From: a virus
Lineage: Duplodnaviria; Caudoviricetes
Length of the DNA stretch: 64,000 bases
Virus record (IMG/VR): IMGVR_UViG_3300037067_005519
Coordinates: 32,001-96,000 of that record
Reading direction: 5' to 3' (one strand)
Shown here piece by piece: positions 38,637 to 47,698 of this stretch. Every line of letters begins with the position of its first letter. Position 1 is the stretch's first letter. The notes beneath the pieces were generated by a model. It saw nothing but the letters and a program-made list of their open reading frames with translations, was not told the origin of the DNA and ran no database searches. The position numbers were made by a program, and so were the translations under genes.

Positions 38637-39722
38637 TCATTCGTTATCCTGTGCGCCCTTTCGATCGAGATAGTCGGCCGACACGCTTTTGAGAATCAGC
38701 CGGCCGCCGGTCGGAGCATAGAACTGCTCGGTCTGCGGAGTGACGACGCAACCTTCTCGACCCTTGAAGGCACACTTGATGCCTTCGGGTGCCATGACCG
38801 TCGTCGGGCCATAGGTGTGCTCTTGGATCAAGTCCTTGGTGAACGGACCTTCATAAAGGACCGGGACGAGATCAATGCCAAAGTCTTGGCACAGTTGCTT
38901 TACATCTGGCCAATCCAGGTACTTCCCGTTGACGCTGATGTCAAAAACGCGGTAGCCGTCCTTGGTGCCGTAGTCCATGTCTTGGACGCCGACGCCATAG
39001 ATTTCGCCGAAGATGATTGCCGCATTCCTCTCATCGCACAGGTGAGTGAGCAGACTGAGAATGCGTTCGTCCTCCAACGGCCGCCAGTAGATGGAAGTGT
39101 TCTCGCCTTCCGGCCTCTTCCGTCTTGTACGGTGACTGCCGGCCATGAACTCGAATTCGCCCATCTTGGGGATCAAGCCCACGCGGCTGTTTGTACCGTG
39201 AATCTTCTCGGTGATCCGAACCGGCGTCCCCTCAGCGATCGCATCGTTGAATCGCCAGTAGTGCTCGATCTCGGTGTACTTGTGGAACTGGTTGTCGTCA
39301 GGCGCAAGATCGCCATAGAAGTAGCGCACTGGCGGCTCATATTTCTGAGCGGCCCACATGCACGAGACATCGCTTCCAATCGCATGGTCATCCAGCAGGA
39401 CTGGAGCCGGGATGACAAAGCCGAAGCTAGGCTCGCCTCGCAGACGACAGGCTGCCACGCGGCACTGGCACTTGCCGGCCGGATGGTCCGCATCACCAGG
39501 GAACTCAGCGTGTTTGAGGTACTTCTGCACTCCAAGCAACTGGGCAACGTCAGGCGGCAGCAAGATGCCAGGCGGGAAGAAGACAACCCGCTGGCCCTTC
39601 TGGAATTCACCCTTGCCGGTGATGGTCGTGATGCCCTTGATGCCCGCGATCTCAAGTTTGGTCGCGTTCGGATGGGGTCTCACTTCGTCGATTGTAGTCA
39701 ACTCAACAAACACATTGGACAT
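38637..39722 (-). CDS. ATP-dependent RNA ligase, Rnl2-like DRB0094 family
   Basis: HPNATKLE N-domain; TEKIHGTN (motif I), FGEIYG, FDI, REGCVV, LKSVSADYL. Confidence 0.92.
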   Translation of the reverse strand: MSNVFVELTTIDEVRPHPNATKLEIAGIKGITTITGKGEFQKGQRVVFFPPGILLPPDVAQLLGVQKYLKHAEFPGDADHPAGKCQCRVAACRLRGEPSFGFVIPAPVLLDDHAIGSDVSCMWAAQKYEPPVRYFYGDLAPDDNQFHKYTEIEHYWRFNDAIAEGTPVRITEKIHGTNSRVGLIPKMGEFEFMAGSHRTRRKRPEGENTSIYWRPLEDERILSLLTHLCDERNAAIIFGEIYGVGVQDMDYGTKDGYRVFDISVNGKYLDWPDVKQLCQDFGIDLVPVLYEGPFTKDLIQEHTYGPTTVMAPEGIKCAFKGREGCVVTPQTEQFYAPTGGRLILKSVSADYLDRKGAQDNE

Positions 39723-39932
39723 GGGCGCATACCTTGAGCGCTAGAGGATTGATGGGTAAAAAGCTGGCGTGGCCCACGGGTTTCGCCAAGGCTCACCGGG
39801 CGTACCCGGAGTCTCGCCTACCGCTGGTTGCGTAAACCACTCAAGCGGCGTAGATGGGCATGTCTTCGGTTAAGTCCTTCTCGCGGAGCGTTCGGACCAC
39901 CTAACGTCCAGAGGCCACCGTGGGCCAGCCAG

Positions 39933-40352
39933 TTATTGCAGGTCTTTCAACACGGAACGGATGTAATAGCGAGCCGCCTTGAATCGCAGGATCAATGCAC
40001 TGCCAAGGCAGCCGCCGATCGCCATGCCGACGCCCGTAAGCGTGGATGACGCCAGATTGTGAAGTGTTTCGGAACTGTGCGTGATCGCATAGAGTGTCGC
40101 CGTGACGGCCGACACCGCCACAATTAGCAATGCGGCAGTGCCGGTCACGTAGGCAACGGCGCGTCTGGTAACGTGCGTTACCGCATGGCCAGCCTTCTTG
40201 ACCGGATGATCCGATGCCAGAATGTTCTTGGCAACGAACTCGTGGATGTGCTGGCCCGGCGAGTTGCTGAGCGACACCCTCTTTCCGCTGCAATCGTGCA
40301 GCCAGACGCCATCGCTGTCTTTTGTGATCTCTGCTACAATAGGTTCGTTCAT
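39933..40352 (-). CDS. Membrane protein
   Basis: Two TM segments. Confidence 0.55.
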   Translation of the reverse strand: MNEPIVAEITKDSDGVWLHDCSGKRVSLSNSPGQHIHEFVAKNILASDHPVKKAGHAVTHVTRRAVAYVTGTAALLIVAVSAVTATLYAITHSSETLHNLASSTLTGVGMAIGGCLGSALILRFKAARYYIRSVLKDLQ

Positions 40353-40357
40353 GGTTT

Positions 40358-41320
40358 TCATCCTGCCTGGCTGAGGTACTCGACTACGCCGTCCCATTTG
40401 TCAGACACCTGACTCAATTGCTTGCGACCTGTATCCTGACGTTCCAGCGCGGCCTCCCAGAACTCGTGGTCGATCTTCGATTCCACGGCATCACGAATCA
40501 GGTCAACGATTACGCGAGGCTCAAGTGCGTCCAACTCCCAACTCTCGTCGCCATAGAGGTCCGCGTAGGACCGATACCTAGCATCCGTTGTCTTGGCCGG
40601 ATTGGGCGGCGGGTTGTGTTCGTGAACCTGATCGAAGGTCAATGCGATGCGCTCAATTGTCGCAGACGAACCAAACATTTCGAGCCGATCCTGAATGTCC
40701 CGGCTCATGTCGATGCCAGAGGGGTCATGGTCGCCCAAGTGGACGATCGTGGTATCCTTGCCTTCGCCCTCCTGGTCGATGAGGCGCTGCGCGGCTCCCC
40801 ACATCTCGCTCTGGCTCGTATAGCCACGGCAAGCAAAGTAGGGCACATCCAACTCTTGGCAGATGCCTTCCAGGACACCAATCAAGGCGTCCTTCTCAAC
40901 CCATACCTCGACGTAATTGTCCTGATCGGCCCACATATCGACGGCATACTGGCTGGCACAGGCCCGCACGATCGAATTAGGACTTGACCAGTGGGCACCG
41001 CTTTGCAGGTTGCGGGTGCGGTCCTCGATTGCGTCCCAGTCAATCTTGCCAGCTAGACGACCATCATTGATGAGGTCGCCCAGGCGCTTGTAGTTTTTCA
41101 TCGTGTTCTTCGTGTCCGCCGGCAACCCCTGCTTGAGGTTGTATACAGGGTCAATCCACGAAGCGGGCAGAAGATCACGCGCGACGAATTGGTAGTACAA
41201 CTGCCGCAGGGTGAGCTTGAAGCCTTGACGCGAGTAGTCGCGGATGATCCTGTTCGCGTCTGCAATAATCATCAGGCTACTGGTATGAAACTTCTTCGGC
41301 ACATAGCAAATGCACGGCAT
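40358..41320 (-). CDS. Topoisomerase VI-A/Spo11-like Toprim protein
   Basis: TLRQLYY, WVEKDAL, GDHDPSG, WELDAL. Confidence 0.82.
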   Translation of the reverse strand: MPCICYVPKKFHTSSLMIIADANRIIRDYSRQGFKLTLRQLYYQFVARDLLPASWIDPVYNLKQGLPADTKNTMKNYKRLGDLINDGRLAGKIDWDAIEDRTRNLQSGAHWSSPNSIVRACASQYAVDMWADQDNYVEVWVEKDALIGVLEGICQELDVPYFACRGYTSQSEMWGAAQRLIDQEGEGKDTTIVHLGDHDPSGIDMSRDIQDRLEMFGSSATIERIALTFDQVHEHNPPPNPAKTTDARYRSYADLYGDESWELDALEPRVIVDLIRDAVESKIDHEFWEAALERQDTGRKQLSQVSDKWDGVVEYLSQAG

Positions 41321-41858
41321 CAGGCGTACCTCTTGTTCCGAGTCTTCATTTCGGCCAGGGTCCGAGCAAACTGGCCCACGTCGTTCAAGGCGCTCTCTTC
41401 GGCATATCGCCGGCCACCGTGGATGACACCCCACTGGACGAGCTTGTCCAGCAGTTGAGTACAGGAAATCCACTTGTCTTCCAGAATCAGGTTGCCATCA
41501 ATGTAGATGGCTTCCTTCTTGTCGGGCACACTCAGAATGACAACTTCGCTCATCGGCTCTCCTCAAGTGCTGTCGCACTTTCTTAGCACCAAGGCGTTTA
41601 CCTCGGCGGGCCATGCCGCGCCACGGATTGATGCAACGAGCATCGCTCTCTTGGGTGCGGGCAACGGCCATGATCTCGGCTCGTTTCATGTGAGCCATAT
41701 CCACGCCCACAGAAAGAAACTAAGAATGGAAACGACACTGAGTATCGCCCAGATGGTCAACATTGTGACGCAAAAGTTAAGAACGCCACATGCAACATCT
41801 TCCCATTCTTCTGTCGTCTCTGGTCGTTTGTTCAAGTAGATGATCTTTCGCATACCAC

Positions 41859-42944
41859 TCATTCCACGTCCCTCCGTCGCCAGTAACGGGCTTCCTTGGG
41901 AATCCCGTCATCGGTCAACTCGCGGTACTTGAAGGTCACGGTTTGTCCCTTCCTAAACTGTCTTCCTTCGGCCCACTCCGGCGCATCCTGTCCAGGATTT
42001 GCCCTGGCCCAATCCACAGCCTGTTGGGTCGTAAACTCGCGCTCGGCGTCAGTAAGACCGGCAAGCTCAAGTCGCTTGCCATCGTACTCCGTAATCAAGG
42101 CACCAATCCTGCCCAGCAATCGGCTTCCCTTGTCGGTTTCGCGGCCTGTCGTAAAGCCGGTGACGACTGACTCGGCATCGCTGAACGGCTTGAACTTGAG
42201 CAGACCTTTGTGCCGCTTTGGCATCCACGACGCCATCGGATTACGGATCACGCAACCCTCGCCACCTTGGCTCAGCACCTTCTCAAGGAACTCATCTACA
42301 ACGGCCCTGGCCTCCACTTCGTTCTCTGGGAGCCGGGTCTGCTTGTGGACAAACACGCGATCATTCTGAACCTCAAGGAACTCACGCAGGAACATCAACT
42401 CATCGTTGAACGTCGCAGGAGTCCCAACCCAGCCGTACTCGGGCATCAAGTGGGGCTTGATCCACTTCTCGATCGCCTCGAAGTCCAGGTTGCAGACCAT
42501 GTTCGTGTTCTTGATCTCCCCGCTGCCGAACACGTATGGAATCGCCGGAGCACTATAGACCGCATAGCTGATCTGGTGGAACCGGGAATCAGGTTCGTCT
42601 CCGGCACAGATGCTTCGGCAAAGCTGGAAGTTCCCACGGCCTGCCCAAAGCTCGCCATCCAACGGACACGCCGGCAGAGCGTTCAGGAAATCATCTGGGG
42701 CCATGATCGGATTACCGTAGCGAGACCACAGACCCGTGGCGAACGGCTTTAGCTTTGACTTTCGCTTGCCGGTTTTCGGGTCTGTGATACTCGCCCACGG
42801 CACTTGGTCTGTCTTCATGCCACGGCTCAGGCCGCCGTCCCAAAAGCATCGTGTGCCATCGAGCTTCTCGCTCACGAGGTAGCCGGCAATCTTGTGCTTC
42901 GCAGGGTTGTAGGTGTCGGCCAGTTGGAGAAACTCACGACGCAT
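41859..42944 (-). CDS. ATP-dependent DNA ligase
   Basis: SEKLDGTR, LDGELW, GGEGCVIR, LLKFK, OB-fold tail. Confidence 0.93.
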   Translation of the reverse strand: MRREFLQLADTYNPAKHKIAGYLVSEKLDGTRCFWDGGLSRGMKTDQVPWASITDPKTGKRKSKLKPFATGLWSRYGNPIMAPDDFLNALPACPLDGELWAGRGNFQLCRSICAGDEPDSRFHQISYAVYSAPAIPYVFGSGEIKNTNMVCNLDFEAIEKWIKPHLMPEYGWVGTPATFNDELMFLREFLEVQNDRVFVHKQTRLPENEVEARAVVDEFLEKVLSQGGEGCVIRNPMASWMPKRHKGLLKFKPFSDAESVVTGFTTGRETDKGSRLLGRIGALITEYDGKRLELAGLTDAEREFTTQQAVDWARANPGQDAPEWAEGRQFRKGQTVTFKYRELTDDGIPKEARYWRRRDVE

Positions 42945-43221
42945 GGTGTGATCCTTCAAGGAATTGAAAAACGGATTCGCTAAAGTCAGCCAGGAAACTG
43001 CCGGCGCAGCCACAGGCAAACACGGTGCAAGGATTGAAACTGACGATCAGCAGTCCGAGGACCACGCCACACCAGAATCCAGAACACTGATAGCAGTTGA
43101 ACAGGGCGTTGTGCAGACTCATGGGGAGCCAACCCTTTGCCCATTCTTCAACCGGCTCCATGATTTCGCTGTCCACTACGATGTGAGTCATGCCGATGAC
43201 AGCCAGGATGAACAACGTCAT
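42934..43221 (-). CDS. DUF1360-like membrane protein
   Basis: CYQCSGFW within hydrophobic helices. Confidence 0.7.
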   Translation of the reverse strand: MTLFILAVIGMTHIVVDSEIMEPVEEWAKGWLPMSLHNALFNCYQCSGFWCGVVLGLLIVSFNPCTVFACGCAGSFLADFSESVFQFLEGSHHAS

Positions 43222-44198
43222 ATCGGAAGCTCCGTATGGTTGGCGACAGGCTGGCCGTCAACCCAATCGAAGACACTGGTCCAGCCATTGGAGTTGATGA
43301 CCACAAAACTGTTGGTGCGCTCTGCCCACGTTCCGCAGTTGTAGAGCCACGAGCCAATATGGCCCGGACGATGAGTGTGGCCGCAAATCACCACGTCGGC
43401 GACTGGCGGTGCGTCTCGCAGCCGGCGATTGATGTCCGTGAAGCGATCCGGCTTCCCACGCAGCAAATTCCAAAAGCTGACGAACCGTTCCATTGGTCCA
43501 ATCACCTTCTGCTCGACCGTGCGGTACTCGTCGAGCATGGGACCGCCGTTACGGTCCTCAGCCATGCCGGAGTAGATCGCAGTAATCCGCCCCAGACCCG
43601 GCGTATCATCAGCACAGTACGGATCGGCCTCGTGGCCGTGCGTGAACTGGAACGACTTGCCCCCTCGGTTGAGATGGCAGCCAATGCACATCCGCTCGAA
43701 GAACGGATGCGTCAGCCAGCCGCGCTGTCCAAGGAAGTAGTACAAGTCGGCGTCGTGGTTTCCCAGGACGTAGACCGCTTCCATCTTGGCCAAGCGATCG
43801 AGCAACCAGACGCGCTTCGTGAGCACCTTGCTCACGTTGCTCTGCCATAACTCGAACAGGTCGCCGCAGATCACCAGGCGTCCGTTGTTGCGCTCCACAA
43901 AATCGAGAAACGACATCAATTGCTTCTCTCGGCCACCTAGCGCAAAATTATCCCTCGGGCCGGCGTCACCCATGTGCAGATCGCTGATCGCGTAGATCGT
44001 GGACCGTTCGTCCCGGTCTTGCCAGTGAATCGGCCTCGTCACATCGGAAGTCGGGGCAGTGACTCTCACATCAAGGTCTTTGGGATGATGATCGAGGTCC
44101 AGCCATTCACAGGCCGCTCGACGCAGTTCATCCTCCACAGTCACGAGGCTTGTGTCCTCGGCCATGTTTCTCATCAGGACTTCGGCTTTGATATTCAT
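43218..44198 (-). CDS. Calcineurin-like metallophosphoesterase (LpxH-like)
   Basis: SDLHMG, GDLFE, GNHD, THGH, GHTH. Confidence 0.9.
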   Translation of the reverse strand: MNIKAEVLMRNMAEDTSLVTVEDELRRAACEWLDLDHHPKDLDVRVTAPTSDVTRPIHWQDRDERSTIYAISDLHMGDAGPRDNFALGGREKQLMSFLDFVERNNGRLVICGDLFELWQSNVSKVLTKRVWLLDRLAKMEAVYVLGNHDADLYYFLGQRGWLTHPFFERMCIGCHLNRGGKSFQFTHGHEADPYCADDTPGLGRITAIYSGMAEDRNGGPMLDEYRTVEQKVIGPMERFVSFWNLLRGKPDRFTDINRRLRDAPPVADVVICGHTHRPGHIGSWLYNCGTWAERTNSFVVINSNGWTSVFDWVDGQPVANHTELPI

Positions 44199-44213
44199 AC
44201 TTGTTCTCCTAAA

Positions 44214-44286
44214 AGCCAGCGGTAGGACTCGAACCTACAACCCGCTGATTACAGGTCAGCGGCTCTGCCATTTGAGCTACGCTGGC
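44214..44286 (-). tRNA. tRNA-Thr(TGT), C at position 33
   Basis: GCCAGCG/CGCTGGC; GCTGA-CCTGTAA-TCAGC; GTAGG-TTCGAGT-CCTAC. Confidence 0.9.
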
Positions 44287-44294
44287 TTGATGGC

Positions 44295-44447
44295 TTAGGC
44301 CATCATGCCGGCGTTGGCCATCGGCATCGTGACGGTCTTCGCCGCGCGAGCCTTGGGCGCACTGGTCTTCTTGGTGGCCTTCTTGGTCTTCTTTGCAGCG
44401 GCCTTCTTCGTGGCGGTCTTACCCGCCGTCTTCGTAGCGCGTGCCAT
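44295..44447 (-). CDS. Histone H1-like K/A/T-rich small protein
   Basis: MARATKTAGKTATKKAAAKKTKKATKK; AGGAG RBS. Confidence 0.7.
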   Translation of the reverse strand: MARATKTAGKTATKKAAAKKTKKATKKTSAPKARAAKTVTMPMANAGMMA

Positions 44448-44466
44448 TCTGGGCACTCCTATGGGG

Positions 44467-44640
44467 TTAGAAATGTGCAGGTTTTCCAGAGCGATTCTGT
44501 ATCGCAAGGGCCTGCTTAATCGCCTTCTTCTTGGCGGCCTCTCGACTCGCCGCATTGCCAGGCGTGTACGTGTACTTGGCCCCAGAAGGACCGTACTGGT
44601 ACGCTGGCTTTCCGTTCTTCGTCGTTCGTTGAATGGGCAT
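44467..44640 (-). CDS. Small basic phage protein (57 aa, not in ORF track)
   Basis: MPIQRTTKNGKPAYQYGPSGAKYTYTPGNAASREAAKKKAIKQALAIQNRSGKPAHF, translated by hand. Confidence 0.7.
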   Translation of the reverse strand: MPIQRTTKNGKPAYQYGPSGAKYTYTPGNAASREAAKKKAIKQALAIQNRSGKPAHF

Positions 44641-44643
44641 TGG

Positions 44644-45204
44644 TTAGCACCAGGGTAGAACTTCTTCGAGATGGTCCATCGCGTCCTTGCCGTGCATCGA
44701 ATTCCACGGCCGTGGGATTAGCACGATCTCGCCGTCGTGCTCCCGAAAGGCTTTCACGTTCTTGTCGCTGTCGTCGATCAGCAGTGCATTCGGCCTTGCA
44801 CACAGATGTTTCGCTGGGCCAATCATGTATTGACGGTGCATCCATTTCGGAGTGCATCGCTGTATCCATTCGAGCTTGCCGGCCACACTATCGGCATCAA
44901 GCGTCGGACTGGTGAGAAAGAAGACATGCTCTCTCCCAACACGACCCTCGGCCCACTTGACCAAGTAGTCGAACTCTGCTGAGACGGGGGCGGTCGCCCA
45001 CATCTCTCGCGTGATTGACCGCCAGAAGGCGGCCGTCGTGAACCGATCGCAGCCGGCCAACTTGTTAGCAGCGGCAACCATGTCCCAGCCGCATTCCACT
45101 GGATAGGCCGCATCATCGGAATATGGTAATCCAAGATGATTGAAGACGTGGTAGTGGAACCTGTTGCATACTCCGTCAATGTCAAGAAGTATATTGTCGA
45201 TCAC
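44644..45204 (-). CDS. HAD-family 5'(3')-nucleotidase, second copy
   Basis: LLDIDGV; GKLEWI; LLIDD. Confidence 0.88.
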   Translation of the reverse strand: MIDNILLDIDGVCNRFHYHVFNHLGLPYSDDAAYPVECGWDMVAAANKLAGCDRFTTAAFWRSITREMWATAPVSAEFDYLVKWAEGRVGREHVFFLTSPTLDADSVAGKLEWIQRCTPKWMHRQYMIGPAKHLCARPNALLIDDSDKNVKAFREHDGEIVLIPRPWNSMHGKDAMDHLEEVLPWC

Positions 45205-45938
45205 TTGGCAGCCTTCCTTGCTGCCTTCTTAGCAGCGGCAGCGGCTTCCTTCGCAAGTCTTTTTGTCTTGGCGCGTTCAGTCTCCTTGTACTCTGGGCAA
45301 CGCTCGTTGAAGCGCTTGAAGATTCCTTCCCGCATACGGGAAACATGCCGCCGTTGAATCGCAAGCGCTTGGCCAATCTCCTCGTCTGTATATCCATCCA
45401 CACGCATAGACACGATGCGACGTTCAACGTCATCCTGACAACATGCCAATACTTCCTCTGTGAGTGCAAGAACTTCTTCACATTCAATCGTTGACAGATC
45501 GTTGTAATTAGTTAAAGCACTATCTGAGACAGTCCGTGGAAGGCACATTGGCGTACCTTCCTGTCTAGCAGCCGCCTGTGCCTGGAATGGAACTACGATC
45601 GCATTTGCCTCGTCTGCGGCATGGGACACATACCTGTCAATGGCAATGCTGATGTAACCCGTTGGCTTTCTGATTACCCCCTTCTTGCTCATGCCGTCCA
45701 CCGCATCACATAGACCTAACAGCCCAGATGCTATCATGTCATCACGGTAGTAGGACATCTGCGGAGCCATTCGTAGGTAGGCATCCACGCGATAGACGAC
45801 TAAAGCGACATTTCCCTCAATCATTTCATCACGCGCCGATTTATCCCCGGCCATCAAGCGCTGGTAGACAGCATCATTTTGTTCCGTAGTGAACGGTTCG
45901 GCACGACCAACGGCACTGCTGAGTTCCTTCAAGTTCAT
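45201..45938 (-). CDS. Sigma-70 family sigma factor (group 3-like)
   Basis: ARDEMIEGNVALV..DMIASGLLGLCDAV; GYTDEEIGQAL HTH. Confidence 0.85.
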   Translation of the reverse strand: MNLKELSSAVGRAEPFTTEQNDAVYQRLMAGDKSARDEMIEGNVALVVYRVDAYLRMAPQMSYYRDDMIASGLLGLCDAVDGMSKKGVIRKPTGYISIAIDRYVSHAADEANAIVVPFQAQAAARQEGTPMCLPRTVSDSALTNYNDLSTIECEEVLALTEEVLACCQDDVERRIVSMRVDGYTDEEIGQALAIQRRHVSRMREGIFKRFNERCPEYKETERAKTKRLAKEAAAAAKKAARKAAK

Positions 45939-46423
45939 GGTGTGATCCGATCTACCCGCCAGAGACGATAGGTATAGAGGTTGCGTTGCTCGCAGGTTTC
46001 ACGGGTGTAAGGAAACTCGTGGCCACGAGGATCAAGGATGCGGCCCTGGTCGTAGGCAACTACGTGATAGCCATAAGGCCCACTGCATTCAATAATGCCG
46101 CGCGAGTGTTGAAGTTGGCTGCTGAAATCATTCCAGTTGCCCTCGTCAGTACCGATGATGATTTCACGCGCCGGATTGTTTGCCGGCGTCGTCGCCGGCC
46201 GCAATGGTATCGGCGTCACAGCGTACCCCAGGTTCACTGCCACACGGATCATCTCATAGATGTTGTGGCCCTGTCGCCTTTCTGGCTCAGGGAGATCAGG
46301 GAAGGCTATCTCGCTGCCGTCGTGACCCACCAATCGAATCAGGTCTTCGACATGGACGTTCAGCACCATTGCGAACGCCGTAATCACGCATTGCCATCGT
46401 TCATTCTGAGTTTGCAGCTTCAC
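45935..46423 (-). CDS. Peptidase C39-like protein
   Basis: Q..WQCVITAFAM...YHVVAY...ILDP. Confidence 0.7.
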   Translation of the reverse strand: MKLQTQNERWQCVITAFAMVLNVHVEDLIRLVGHDGSEIAFPDLPEPERRQGHNIYEMIRVAVNLGYAVTPIPLRPATTPANNPAREIIIGTDEGNWNDFSSQLQHSRGIIECSGPYGYHVVAYDQGRILDPRGHEFPYTRETCEQRNLYTYRLWRVDRITP

Positions 46424-46820
46424 GTTCCGCCTCCAAACGGTTGACTTCATCAAGCAGTTCATCAATGTCTGGAACGTCACCCCAAGACTCTTTCCAGAAC
46501 TCACGCCAGTTAGGTGGCGCAAACAGCTTGTCGTATTCTTCTTGCGTGGCAGCGGTTAAAATCCAGATGCCACAGCCGAACTTTTCCCACACGGGCCATT
46601 TGATCTTCTGTTCGTGAGTGAAGCTGTACTTGCCAGGATTCTTCACGTCGATCCAGCGACCGCCCCATTTCGGATGGTGGCAGTAGAGATCGGGGATACC
46701 AAATTGATAGGCATTCCCGATCATTCTCTCAACAAGCCATTTCCTCGTTCTGAGATAGGCAATTAAGTCGCGCTGGATATACCACTCCGGCCCATGCTTG
46801 GGTCGCCGGATTCGCTTCAC
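46401..46820 (-). CDS. VRR-NUC / PD-(D/E)xK resolvase-like nuclease
   Basis: PEWYIQ...GIPDL...WIDVK...EQ. Confidence 0.8.
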   Translation of the reverse strand: MKRIRRPKHGPEWYIQRDLIAYLRTRKWLVERMIGNAYQFGIPDLYCHHPKWGGRWIDVKNPGKYSFTHEQKIKWPVWEKFGCGIWILTAATQEEYDKLFAPPNWREFWKESWGDVPDIDELLDEVNRLEAEREAANSE

Positions 46821-47007
46821 TGTTCGATGACCGTGAACTGCCTGGGGTGGGCTTTGATGGCATCCAGGTCGATCGTGAAGCTCGCGGTGTGATCCTTACC
46901 AAAGCCAATCAAGGCTTCGCCGAACGGTTCGTACCGCACGGTTCTTCGAGGAGCATCATGCAGGATCATGCCCGCCGGGATAACAATGTCCTTCTCAACA
47001 CGCACTT

Positions 47008-47424
47008 TCATTTCTTCTTCTCCGGTTTCTTCTCGGAAGCCTTCTCTGTCTTCTTGGCTTTCGTCTTCGACGGCGTGATGAACCACCGAAGGATGCGCCA
47101 ATACCAGGGGAGGATCGTGGGATCAAGGTACTTCCCGTTGTCCCACACCACTGTCTTAGTCTCGACACCGCTCACTTGAGTAACCCGCATGACGCGGGCC
47201 TTCTCTTTACGAAAGCGAATACGAGCGTTTAGTATCGCCATGCGGGCCGCCTTCAATTCGGCAGGACGCAAATTCTTGACCACACCAACCTCGATCCGTG
47301 GCCACGGGAAATACCACCGTCGCCACATCTTTGCCACCGACCACACATAGTCGGGCGTGAAGGTTTGGATGTTGTCATACATGGACACGGCATCAAGGAA
47401 CGTCTGTATCTTGAAGACGGTCAT
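47008..47424 (-). CDS. Hypothetical protein
   Basis: Operon coupling. Confidence 0.55.
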   Translation of the reverse strand: MTVFKIQTFLDAVSMYDNIQTFTPDYVWSVAKMWRRWYFPWPRIEVGVVKNLRPAELKAARMAILNARIRFRKEKARVMRVTQVSGVETKTVVWDNGKYLDPTILPWYWRILRWFITPSKTKAKKTEKASEKKPEKKK

Positions 47425-47698
47425 AATGGTCCTGTTGTCTGTTCAGCGGTTTGTCTTCCCATCCATGTGTTCAGAACCGTTACTGGCATCCCTCGCTTCT
47501 TGTCATAGACGACTCTCAAAGTCGTGCCCTTGTACTCCACATCCCAGACCGTCACGCGAACTGATTGCCGCTCGACAAACCTGCCCTGCTTTTGCTGAAT
47601 CAACCTGGCCAGGTCGTCCATGTTGACGCCCATTCCAAATCGCTCGGCTGCGCGTCGTGCTGTATGACGCTTCATGGCAACGGCTTTGCTGCAACGCA

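Noticed and set aside
38547-39737. 396-aa plus-strand ORF
   Set aside because: Antisense shadow of the RNA ligase gene; no motifs
39762-39934. Hammerhead ribozyme or an extra Y RNA
   Set aside because: CGAAAC and GGTCCGA occur on the minus strand, but there is no CUGANGA core and no N9-GUUAUC with partner strand
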